DNA of 63,821 nt, filler included, from Hyphochytrium catenoides (Eukaryota; Protista; Hyphochytriomycota): assembly GCA_900088475.1 (NCBI GenBank). It is 19 parts of 19 records of this genome, joined end to end, with 100 filler letters (N's around TTAATTAATTAA, not from the genome) between each part and the next. Parts side by side here need not be neighbours in the genome. Positions count along the whole stretch, not along the records: positions 50,867 to 53,239 come from FLMG01002000.1; positions 53,340 to 55,713 come from FLMG01001313.1; positions 55,814 to 56,838 come from FLMG01003419.1; positions 56,939 to 58,850 come from FLMG01003681.1; positions 58,951 to 60,640 come from FLMG01000426.1; positions 60,741 to 62,167 come from FLMG01000371.1; 13 more parts are not named here. The stretch is one strand, 5' to 3'. The position numbers were made by a program, and so were the translations under genes. Of the stretch, positions 51,141 to 62,167 are shown in pieces (position 1 is the first letter of the stretch; every line of letters starts with the position of its first letter). The notes under the pieces are model-generated. The model worked only from the letters and a program-made list of their open reading frames with translations, had not been told where the DNA came from and made no database searches.

Positions 51141-51909
51141 GGCTAAGGAAACAACACCTCGCCAACCTCGCTGTTCATCGTACATCGAGAAAAGTGTGCA
51201 ATGGAAACCCAAAAACCAAGTACTCTCGTTCTAGCGCGTCTACAGCATGCGGGGGGGTGTTGAATGTTCAGCTTCGACCCTTCACAAGAGGGAGTTCGAG
51301 CTGCGGGGAGGTGTCGGATTCTGAGGGCACAGCTATGTGGCCTACAAGCTGGCAAGCTTAACTACCCAAGTTTCAGCTCTAAACTCCCAGTAGAAGCCGA
51401 GATATGAAGCAAACGAAATGTCCCTGTTTATATCTATGGCTTATGGTCAGTACCCCGGACTACCTTCAGGACTGACTGTTCTAGACAAGGATTTCTCTAT
51501 GACTGAATATCTTAGGGTTTATTAGAAATAGTTGGCATAGTCAGAATAGCTCTAGTTTATGGGACCCCAGTGGGGCTTATAAGTCGAGCACTCTCATCTA
51601 ATGACATTGTCCAATCATCCCATACAAATCCAACAATGGAGTTATAGAGAAATCCCTGTCTAGAATAGTCAGTCCTGAAGGTATTCCGGGGTACTGCCCA
51701 TAAGCCATAGATATAAACAGGGACATTTCGTTTGCTTCATATCTCGGCTTCTAGTGGGATTTAGAGCTGAAACGTTGGTAGTTAAGCTTGCCAGCTTGTA
51801 GGCCACATAGCTGTGCCCTAAGACTCCAACACCTCCCCGCAGCTCAAACTCCCTATTGTGAAGGGTCGAAGCTGAACAATCAACATAGTTGTGCCCTCAG
51901 ACTCCAACA
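51141..51909. mobile_element. LTR family B cluster: plus copy (PPT 51251-51257, LTR to 51635), inverted partial copy 51641-51878, extra LTR-end fragment 51884-51909
   Basis: Homology to 30242-30735; arms about 51263-51502 and 51641-51878 are reverse complements. Confidence 0.88.
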
Positions 51910-52283
51910 GCCCCACCTCCCGGTGCTCATCTTATCGGCTCTCAATGGATCTTTAAGGTCAAGTTGCATAGCGATGGCTCAGTGGACAAGTACAAGGCCC
52001 GTCTAGTCGCTCTTGGCAATCGACAGAAGCAAGGTATTGACTTTAGCGAGGTCTTTGCTATAGTGAGAGGGCATGACACTGTCCGCTGCCTTCTCTCGCT
52101 CGCCGCCACGCTGAACCTAGAAGTGCATCACGTCGATATCAAGACTGTTGAACTGTGATCGACGCTGGAACCAGAAAGTGTACAGCGGACGACGCAGAGG
52201 GGGAAAAAAAACTTGTATAAACAAAAACGGAGATTAGTAGACCGCCTTCCTGAACGGCAATCTTGACGAGCAGGTGTACATGC
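51910..52283 (+). mobile_element. Copia RT fragment interrupted by a 93-bp insert and by LTR A
   Basis: PPPGAHLIGSQWIFKVK..KYKARLVALGNRQKQGIDFSEVFA..HVDIK|insert|TAFLNGNLDEQVYM. Confidence 0.92.
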
Positions 52284-53239
52284 TGTTGAGAGCAGAAGCT
52301 GACAAGAGCTCTAAAAGGCTCACAGTTCCAACTCTATCTGACAAGAGGAAGAAGGCACAAAACAAAGTGTTTCAGAGTTATGATAACTAGGTTATTATCA
52401 TCAGGTAAGTCATTATATGACGTCAAGAAGTAGTAACTGGGTCTAGTAGTTTATACGAGACACAGTTACTCTCCAGAACAACTAGACAACGTGATATTTA
52501 GGAAACAGGGTCCCATAAGCTCTTCATACTCACTTCGAGTATATCAGTAGACCACATAACCTAAATAAGAGTGTCCTCAAATCCCATCCATTATAACAGG
52601 TTATGGGCCCACGCTTCCTCCAGGACTTCAGCGAGCTCTCTGGACCAACCAAACCAAGAACAAGAACAAGACTACCCCCTGGAGTAACCAACTCTCCTCC
52701 AGGATCAAAACCAAGACCACCCCTGGAGTATCCAACTCTCCTCCAGGATCGGAACCCGAAGACCATTGCCGTTACCATCCCCAGTTGTGAATTCACACTC
52801 AACGAGTGAATTTACCAACTTTGTGTCAATTATAGCCAATTTTCTGTCAATTATCCCGATATTTGACAGGATATTTGACAGTAATTGACCATATTTGACT
52901 TTTGGTGAACTGACAGCCAAAGCTCTTAATTCACAAAATTGTGTCAATTATACCAGTGTGAGGTGTGGAATATACCTTAGTTGACACCATTTGGAGCACC
53001 ATTTTTGACATTTTGTCAATTATACTGTCAAAAATTACCGGAATACCCAGTTTTTCACGGAGATCAGGATCCTGCAATCAAAACTCGCGTATCCCCTCTA
53101 CTTTTGGAGAAAAATGGACTCTCAGCCCTCAGGCGCTCTATCCATCAAGCTTCAAGGACGAGATGACTACCCCATCTGGAGTGTCAAAGTGGAAGCCTAT
53201 CTGGACGAGCTAGGTCTACTGGACCACATTACGGATCCG
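52284..53239 (+). mobile_element. 5' end of a copia element: LTR A 52284-52598, PBS 52599-52611, leader, gag start 53114
   Basis: TGTTG...TAACA directly followed by GGTTATGGGCCCA; MDSQPSGALSIKLQGRDDYPIWSVKVEAYLDELGLLDHI is a copia gag N-terminus. Confidence 0.93.
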
Positions 53240-53339
53240 NNNNNNNNNNNNNNNNNNNNNNNNNNNNNNNNNNNNNNNNNNNNTTAATTAATTAANNNNN
53301 NNNNNNNNNNNNNNNNNNNNNNNNNNNNNNNNNNNNNNN

Positions 53340-55713
53340 TCGCTTGGATAGTTCGCTTCAAGTGCTGCTTAGCCAGCACTCGTAGAGCAGACCTACACAA
53401 TTCATATAAAGACCACAGTTATTCTAGAAGTGATGGATGTATAAAGGGTGGCGTGCAGGACGGAGAATGGTGAGCAGATCAGATGTGAGAGGGAAAAGAA
53501 AGTGAATGAGAGGCGTCAGGGCAGCTACCTAAGTCCCACAAAAGAAAACTGACCTGAAAGGCGCTCCGTTTGGATGTGGGAAGATCAGAGAGGTATCAAT
53601 GTTCCGCTTGTGGATTAGCCCTAGGGCATGCAGATCATTCTCCAGACTATGACCCAGAAGGATAGTCTCTTGAAAGATAAGACGCTGCAGATCAGTCTGC
53701 ACCTGTACCAGATCCAGATTATGACATACCGATGTTGGTACGAAGTGGAGGAGGAATATGAAGTACTCTAATGCGTGCAAATCACCCTTTAGAACATCTG
53801 ATACATCATCACTGAACAGACCATAGAACAACGAGCTAGCACAGGATGACCAGCTGTCCGCTAGATGGGAGCTGCTTTGTTACCTGTTCCAAAGTGTATT
53901 CACACTGCTCCATTATGGCCGCTGTGATGCCGGAGTAGGGTGTTAGATAATCAATTATCGGGTTCTTCGGCCGGACAAACTTGTCATAAATCACCTTCCG
54001 AGGTTTAAGACAAAGAAATCTGTTAGCGCGTTGTGCCGTGAGAGCACATGACGTTAGAGAGTGTGCTTCTCAAGAGCGGTGGAAGCAAGAAGCGGAATGG
54101 GGATGGCTAGTAACCGCTAAGTAGCACGAGTCAGGAAGGATGCGGCTATATTAAAGTGTGACATGTCAGCAGTTTGTCAGCACTTGTCTGTGCACCCATT
54201 GGGGGAAGGCAGACGGTGAGGAAGATAGGTTCAACGCTCTTACTTTGAGGTTCAAATCCACAAGAGTGACCCTGGTCAATTCTGAGCCTGCCTGTGTACG
54301 GCACATCTCACAGTCCAGAGCTAACAATTCCTGTGCCTTAGGAAGAGGAACGCCCAGCCCTATTGGCTGGCTCACGATGTAGCGAGGTTCCTCAAACCGC
54401 GTTTGATCTAGGATAGCTGCGACAGTAACGATGAACATGTTTACAAAGCCAGACAAGATTGGTAGGACGGTTGAAGAGACATCGAGCGTTGACGGCGCTG
54501 GTGTCAATGTGAGTAAGACTACTATTGGCGGCGCAAGAATTTACCTTCGGAGGATCGGAGAGGCGATAGGCTGTAAGCGTCCTCTCTGAGAGGAAAGTTT
54601 GCTTCTTCCATCTCCCCCTCAGTCATGACAAGGAGCTCAGCCGAGAATTGCGCAGAATCTGCAATAGGGCGATTTAGGGACTAAACGTCTGATCTGATAA
54701 TCTGGCTAATGCATTGACATTCCAACAAACCTTCTCGATCTCCATCATTCGCCTCTGATCCTTCCACACTTGTCGAAGAGGACGAAGCCTTATTTTTCCT
54801 TGACTTGGCTGGTGCCGACGCTGGAAGGTCAGGATGAAGCAGCTCTTTCAGTGGGTTTTGCAAAGAATCCCCTTTGCCAAGTTTGCAGGCGACAACAAGC
54901 GCTTCAGTACGCTCTTTGAGAAGAAGCGGTGGGGAGAGAAGAGAGAGGAATAAGTGAAGGCAGCGGAACGACAACGACCGCGGCGTCAGTACGGAGAACT
55001 AATTCAGTGGCCAAACCAGAGAGAGCTGTATGCTTAGGGGCATAGCAGTACGCTAAGAAGACCTTCGCGTGCCCAAACCAGTTGCAGAACGTGGGAACAG
55101 GAAGAATGAGGTTGGAACCCAAGAAGGAGTTAATGCTTAACTAGTCCTTCTCACCCTTGCAGTCATCTTCTTCCTGAGAAGTCTCCTTCACCTGGGGCGA
55201 CAGCAGGCCAGCGGGTACGTTCTCAACGACTAGAAGTAGCACCTGATGGATTAGCGGCCGATTCTTAACGTCAAGCCAGCGCGGGCAGGAAGTCGTCCGA
55301 TCCTCAGGAGGTGCCAGCGCCCATAGGATCAGCTGTGCCACTTCCTAAGAGAGTCCAAAGTCATTTCCTGCTACCCTTGGGTTATCGGATTCTACAAGTT
55401 TCCCTCATCAGTCTCTCGTCTATGGTGCTACGCTCTGCTCTAAGCGCTCTTTCCCATGCCGCCACCTAGCACACAGACCTTCAGCTCGATGGGTGGAGTC
55501 TTTGCCTTGAGGTACTCAGAACTTAGGCTAACTGACGGAACTGCCTGCGTTGCAAGTTGACAGCACCGGGTGTCACGTATAGCAGGAGGATGTTGGATGG
55601 AGTTGAGGTGCAAGCATATTGAAAAGGAAGTCTGGCACAGGAATGGCCCCGGCTCCTGGACAATCACGAAGGAGATGGCAGAGAGAGGAAGACCCATAAC
55701 AGAACAAGAGCAG
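53340..55713 (-). CDS. DEDDh RNA exonuclease, REXO1/REXO5 (Rex1/SDN5-like), partial at both ends
   Basis: ALDCEMC..ELTRVTLVD, YDKFVRPKNPIIDYLT.YSGIT, ILLGHSLENDL.AL, IDTS; seven phase-consistent GT-AG introns (exons include 55344-55155, 54913-54731, 54416-54244, 53994-53884, 53702-53554). Confidence 0.93.
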
Positions 55714-55813
55714 NNNNNNNNNNNNNNNNNNNNNNNNNNNNNNNNNNNNNNNNNNNNTTAATTAATTAANNNNNNNNNNNNNNNNNNNNNNNNNNNNNNN
55801 NNNNNNNNNNNNN

Positions 55814-56838
55814 AGTGATAGGTCCCGAAGTCATAAGTGTGTGCCCTGAGGATGAAGAAGAAACAAAGGAGACAGACGGACACAGCCTTGGCTGTCGAAC
55901 ATCTCGATTGACTAGGAAAAAAGTGCAGATTGGCAGAAGCTCAAACCTGACGTTTGAGGCTTTGGGCCAACGCCTGCAGGTCTTTAGATTTATTTTTTTC
56001 TTGGCACCTACTGTTCCAAAGAACGTGCTTCTTTTTTGCTCTCATTGCCTCTCGACAGGCGTGAACCTTCTCTTCTCCTGATCTTGCTTTGTCCTTTACC
56101 CTTCTCACTTTTGTTCTAAGGATTGTTGAGCTGTTATGCTCTGCTCTCATCAGTCGAATCTCACCAGGTTTTATGGCTTTCACTCTTCGTAACGTGATCT
56201 CTTTGCCCTGATCCTCATCAGGCGTACGCTCGGAGCTTCTATTATGAAATAGTGATCGACGGGGCAGACAGGGGAAGGGGCCAACTCTCCCTTAATACCT
56301 CTCTTTTCTCTCAAGCTGGTACTTTCCCGTACGGCCAATGCGGAGTTCTTCCGGTCCTCAAGGCAAGGGGAAAAGGTGGACGGCATCAGGATGATGGGCG
56401 ATGCTCTGGCACCGTCACTATTACAAGATTTCCTCCTCCTTCCTGTCCAGGTCGGACCTTTCTTCAACAAGACCAAGATCTTGGGGTCGATCTCCACCTT
56501 TGTGTCCAATGTAACTCTCTTCCGGTCTCCCTCCCAGAAAACTCAAGCCCTCCGTCTTCGCAGAGAGGCTCTTGTCTCCTGTGCGATGAACTTCCGCTCT
56601 GCGGGTCAGTGAAGGTTAACCTGACGGGATCTTTAGAGATGAAGCGGTTGCCGGAAGGCTCTTTATTGGGGATCGAGGCTTCTCCGGACCAGCTCTCCTG
56701 CTTATTGACTTATAACGGGTCTTCACCCATTACGGACTGCCTTTCTCTTTTTCTGTCTCTGCCACACCTTCCAAGCTACCCATTGGACCCACCCATGGTT
56801 ATTTTCCTTCTCTTCCTTCTTTTCATGATTCTCTTTGG
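55814..56838 (-). mobile_element. Possible degraded Penelope-like element N-terminal region
   Basis: Intronless, basic, frameshifted frames containing RVTLDTKVEIDPKILVLLKKGPTW, resembling the LLxKGPKF motif upstream of PLE RT. No RT motif visible. Confidence 0.3.
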
Positions 56839-57386
56839 NNNNNNNNNNNNNNNNNNNNNNNNNNNNNNNNNNNNNNNNNNNNTTAATTAATTAANNNNNN
56901 NNNNNNNNNNNNNNNNNNNNNNNNNNNNNNNNNNNNNNTTTCCGGACGAACGAGAAATCGGATGAAAATCGGATGAAATGGGTGTGACGCGAAATGATGT
57001 CAGTGGCCGTTGCAGGCTTCATTTTTAAAAATCTCAAAAGTTCATCCGTCCGATTTTCGTCCATCCGATTTGGGAGTGCTGCTTGCAGAATGTCGCTATT
57101 ATGATTGCCTCAAGGAGCTACGTAGCTCGAGCCACTGTTATTTAGCACTGTGATAGTTTCAGGACGTTAACGGCCTAGTTCTCTAGGATAGTCAGGAGTA
57201 ACCGCCCCTACCTACCGAACAGGCGCCAGACTGTTTGGTAGGGACTTCACAATTTCCCAGATAACAGAGACTTAGCAGAGATTTCTGGAGACCTTTGTGG
57301 AGTTGAGGATTGAGACCGAGTCGGAGACGGAGACGGATCTAGCCTACAAACAGGATAGAGTCGTACATGGTAGCTGAGCTGCAAGT

Positions 57387-58850
57387 GTGTGGCTTGTGAA
57401 GAATCTCAAACTACTGAGACGAGAGAATGAGCGGAGGAATGAGAGCGAGCGTCAGTTGCTGGAACGAGTGGAAGCAGGGTCAACACCCGCAGGGCAGCAG
57501 CGGAGGTTGAAATCGCGGAGCTACGCAACCTATTGGGGGAGCAAACTCGTAAGCTCGAAGAGGAAAGGCGAGAGAGAGAAAGGGCCAACGAGGAGGTTCG
57601 CGATTTGAAGCGCAAGTTCGACGAGATGATGGGTAGACTGCAGCCCCAAGCACCTCGTGGTGCTAGAGGAGATGAGTCAGCAGCTGAATCCTCAAATGAT
57701 CAGGACGAGGAGATGGCCGGCGGTGCTGATGCTGAAGAGGGCAACGATGAAGTACCAGAAGACGCTAATGAGACAGAGGATGATTCTGCGAATGATGACG
57801 AAAGCATGGGTGAGAGTGGCCAACGAGAGGAGCTGACGCCATCATCGTTNNNNNNNNNNNNNNNNNNNNNNNNNNNNNNNNNNNNNNNNNNNNNNNNNNN
57901 NNNNNNNNNNNNNTAAGCTGTTTGGCAGAACAGGGGACAAACGCAGCAACCCTACCATTGGCGAGTATTTTCAGACGTTTGACAGGATTGCAAAAAGTCA
58001 CCTATATGGGGACCAGCAAAAGCTACACATTCTTCTCAATCGAAGTGTGGGAGCTGTCAAGGATAATGCGGAGAGATTGGCGCGTCAAGGTCAGAGCTAC
58101 GCTGACGTTCGGCAATTCTTAATGGACGTCTACGCTCTCTCGAGGGATGGAAAATCTATGAAGGAGCTTCGTCTGATGGAGGCTGGCATTACCGCCATGG
58201 AGTTTCCCACGGACATGTCACAGGAGGCATGGGAGAATCTGAATGCCAAGAAGGTCAAGCAAGTGGAGCAGTATGCGAAAGCCTATGAGGAGGTGTATAA
58301 AAGGACCTTAAGCTTCGAGGAAATGGCAGACATGCTAATGGAGAATGCTCTATCCGTCACTGAGCAACGAGCCATCGAGGAGAAGCTCAGGAAGCCTAGT
58401 TCATGGACGGAGTGGAATGAGCTGTACAAGGTGATCCTACGCACTAGGGAGTTTACAGCGGGTTCAAGCGGGAAGGCTCCGGGTCGACAGACGTCCGCAA
58501 CAGAGAACCCTANNNNNNNNNNNNNNNNNNNNNNNNNNNNNNNNTGGTCAACGAAATGGTGGTAAAAAAGGGATGTGGTGCAAGAACCACAAATCAAACA
58601 CGCACAACACTTCAGAGTGTCGAGGCCAAGGTCTAGTAGCCGCGAAGAAGCTCGAGGAGGTCAGCAACGTGTTGGTGAAGAAGATCAAGGAGGGAATCCT
58701 CGAAGAGCTTCAGGGAAAAGGCGAAGGGAAGCCTTGAAGGCAGAGCAGGCGCTTCCCGTAGTACCCACAATTTTGTCATCTGCTGGAGAGGAAGGACCTG
58801 AGGAGAGAAGAACAAGACCCAGGGGAAATCAAATTTTGTTACGCGACGTG
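57387..58850 (+). mobile_element. Ty3/Gypsy-like gag (frameshifted, gapped), possibly with the start of pol
   Basis: Coiled coil, acidic linker, helical capsid-like region (EYFQTFDRIA..QKLHILL), then WCKNHKSNTHNTSEC (C-x2-H-x4-H-x4-C) at 58576-58620; stop at 58737. Confidence 0.7.
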
Positions 58851-58950
58851 NNNNNNNNNNNNNNNNNNNNNNNNNNNNNNNNNNNNNNNNNNNNTTAATT
58901 AATTAANNNNNNNNNNNNNNNNNNNNNNNNNNNNNNNNNNNNNNNNNNNN

Positions 58951-59211
58951 TGCGACTGCTTCTCTTGTCTCTGCTGCTGGAGCTGCTGCCGCTCCTGTCT
59001 GGACCTTCATCGCGATAGACAGATCCGCCGCCAGTACGCGCTCAGAGCTTCTGAAGCGCCAGAGATTATTGTCCAGCCGGCGCCCGTGCAGAGAGAGAGA
59101 GACTATTATCCCAACGGACAACAAGATGGATCGCGCCGCGCCCTGCCTCAGGACTGGATGTTCCCTCCCTCTCCGGAGAAGCAATCGCCACTAAGGAAGA
59201 GCCTCCTGGAC

Positions 59212-59214
<3 letters not shown>
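58951..59214 (+). CDS. C-terminus of a cysteine-string-containing protein
   Basis: Open from the scaffold start: CDCFSCLCCWSCCRSCLDL...SLLD*. Absent from the ORF track because it has no start codon. Confidence 0.55.
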
Positions 59215-59275
<61 letters not shown>

Positions 59276-59728
59276 AGAGCGAAGACCCTTTGAAAAGGGA
59301 GAAGAGAGAGGGATTGAAAGAGAGCAAAGTTGTGGCGGCAAATGATCTCTTAGACACGGAGGAAGTGACACGAAAGGTGCTCGGACCGGAAGATTGGAGA
59401 CTCTCTCTCTATTTTCTCTCTCTCGCTCTCCATCCAGGAGACACATAGAGCACTTGGTCTATCAAGATCTATGGCGACAGTGGAAGCTTTATCACACTCT
59501 CTGGGCTTTCGACTCATTGCCAGAGACAACGGCAGGAATCCGGACTTAGGAGAGGAATAAAGAGAGCGAGAGAGAGAGAGAGGAGAGAGACAGAAGAAAG
59601 AGACAACCCCACTGCTTGATTTTGAGAAAGAACGCTGCTTTATTCCCTTCCCGGGCCAGAAAAAGAGGAGCAAACCAGAGGCGCGGCACCGCTTTTCTCT
59701 CTTTCTCTCTCTCTCTCTCGGTCCTTGT

Positions 59729-60438
59729 TTAGAGCTTGCTCTGGATCGTTCCTCCTTCCTTCTGCTTCTGTGCTTCCTCCCACTCCAGAAGCTCTCTCAT
59801 CTCCAGAAGACTCTCTTCCAGGAAATGGCAGAAGGGACCGCTCCAGTTCAGGCGACGAGACGCAACGTTGAAGTGGCAGCTCTTCCTCTTGATGCTGTAC
59901 GCCACGCCCAGCCCTGTAGGAGAAGGAGAGAGAGAGAGAGAGAGGATCCAGGTGGAGAGAGAGATGAGGGGGAACTTTTAGCTTGAGAAGACATAACCAA
60001 TAAGACTATCCTCAAGAGAGAGAGAGAGAGAGAGAAAGAAAGAGAAGGAAGACTAGAATAATTGGAAGTTCATAAGATACAACCCGACAATTCTCTTTCG
60101 CTGCCCGCTGAAGGACCGAAGACCACTTTCATAAGGAGAGAGAGAGAGAGAGAGAGAGGCAGGAAGAGAAAGAGGAAGGAAACATAATCGCGTAGGGCCC
60201 AAACAGAGAGGGAAAACGGAGAGCAAAGAGAGAAAGCTGTGTCACTCTTCTCAGGAGAGCAAAGAGAGAAAGCTGTGTCACTCTTCTCACCATCAGGCAC
60301 GACCTCTCCCCATCCCCAGCCGTCAAAGAGCTCGTGAGTGAGATGAGAAGTGCTGATGTTCCACCAGCGGGTAGAGTTGTAGGCAGGATCGTCAAAGAGA
60401 GAGCCTCTCTCTCCCTCCTTCAAAGAGTAGCGGAGGCC
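59729..60438 (-). CDS. Carnitine/choline O-acyltransferase, last two exons (60438-60291, 59913-59729), with peroxisomal PTS1
   Basis: LFDDPAY..WNISTS..GWGWGEVVPDG-LGVAYSI; ends QSKL*. Confidence 0.92.
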
Positions 60439-60740
60439 CTAGCCAATGGTAAACATGTAAACGAGGAAGAACGAGAAATAGATGGAAAGAAAGAGAGAGA
60501 GAGAGAAAGAAACGTTATTAGAAAGGCATCTCTTGACCTCGTATCAGAACACTATCTCTGTTCTTTTCTGTCACCGCTTTATCTTTCTGTCTCGCCTTGG
60601 CTACCTATTCCGTCTTTCTCCTCTCTCTCTCTCTCTCTCTNNNNNNNNNNNNNNNNNNNNNNNNNNNNNNNNNNNNNNNNNNNNTTAATTAATTAANNNN
60701 NNNNNNNNNNNNNNNNNNNNNNNNNNNNNNNNNNNNNNNN

Positions 60741-62167
60741 GTCACGTAGCGCCTAATGATCAGCTTTCTAGACGTGATGAAGTTTCCATCTCTTTCTATG
60801 GCTGTGTTAAAGCTTGACGGAAGGCGTTCGTTAGGACATTGAAAGAGGACAGGACATGCGGGTACGAGGCAGTGCACGGAAAGAGAGAAGAGACACAGAG
60901 GGGAGACCTACCAGATGACGATGTCCAGCAGGAAAAATGCATCAATCATCCTCTCAAAGACATAAAGAGGAGAACTCGATGAAGGCGCGACTTGAAAAGC
61001 CGTTTCCACTGGTATGACGAAGACATTATCTGCGAGGATCGAAGATGATAAGTTAAAACTCTAGCAAAGCTTGTTGGCAAGAGGATGCAGCTCATTGATA
61101 TCAGCAGGATAGCAGCAGCATCCGTGTGAGAGAGAGAGAGAGAAAGGTCAAGTATAGATAGAGAAGAAAGGGCGAGAGCGGGGCGAGGAAGCACAGGAGA
61201 AAGAGAGGGTGAGAAAGAGAGAAAGAGAACCGAGGGGAAAGGGAGTGAAGCGAGAGAATGCGCGACATTATAGAGAGAGACAGAGGCAGAGACGAAGAGA
61301 CAAGAGAGACAGAGAGCAAGAGAAAACACAGAAAATGAAACCGTAGGTGAGACTAGAGAAAGAGAGAGAGAGAGAGAAGAGAGGGAGTAAGGGAAAGACG
61401 AGAGGGAGATGAAGAGATACAAAAGGAAGGGGTGCAGAGTCAGGAAAGAGAGTGAAGAGAGAGGATGGCTCAGAGGAACAGTTTGAATAGAAAGACCTAC
61501 AGAAGATACAGATCATTGAGATCCAGTCCCAAATTCTCAGAAACTTGTCATGCGGGAAGAGGATCCACTTGCGCGCATAGGCGGCATCTTTCTCTTTCTG
61601 CATCATCTGATACGCCTGAAGCTCCTCATCAAGCAGCGATTCTTTCCTGTCGCTGTTCTTCGACTTGTCATTCTTAGAGAAGCTTGATCTTCGGGAGACA
61701 GACATTCGCTTCTCTCCCTTATTGTCACCATCCTTTTCTTTAAAGCTTGGCTTGCGAAGAATGGAACCTTTCTTATCTCTCTCGCCGTCGGCACCATCAT
61801 TCTGCGGGCAAGAGACAGTATAGGACGAAGAGCCAAGACAGTGACGATGTTTGCGGTACAACGGTTGAAGGAGAGAGCAGCAAGGGACGGGGTTAGTGTG
61901 TGTGGCACAAGGCAGAGAGAATGGACGGATAACTCTCTAACTAAAAAGGAAGAGAGATAAGAGGAAAGAGGAACAAGATACGGAAGCTCCTCTAACGGAA
62001 GGTGTACTTGGCTGACTTGATTACATCTTCTCGCAGCATTGGCCTTACCACTCCAGAGTGACTTCGGGGGCTTGGAATCTGCTCAGAAGGAGCAGAGCTT
62101 TTCTGCGAGGGCACGTCGTTACTAGTCTTAACAGACGCCGCGATGATCTTCTCCGGTACAACCTTGG
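60741..62167 (-). CDS. Cyclic-nucleotide-regulated cation channel (KCNH/HCN/CNG family), S1-S2 region (exons ->62049, 61801-61501, 61029-60912, 60812->60741)
   Basis: ILFPHDKFLRIWD..Y-NVFVIPVETAF..IDAFFLLDIVI-CFNTA..IIRRY; phases consistent. Confidence 0.9.

Larger units (their letters stand above)
1..61460. repeat. Pervasive (GA)n/(CT)n microsatellite and degenerate purine/pyrimidine tracts in introns, intergenic DNA and some exons
   Basis: Directly visible, e.g. 7852-7980, 17631-17690, 35611-35870, 39070-39160, 59215-59270. Most internal N gaps fall in these tracts. Confidence 0.99.
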
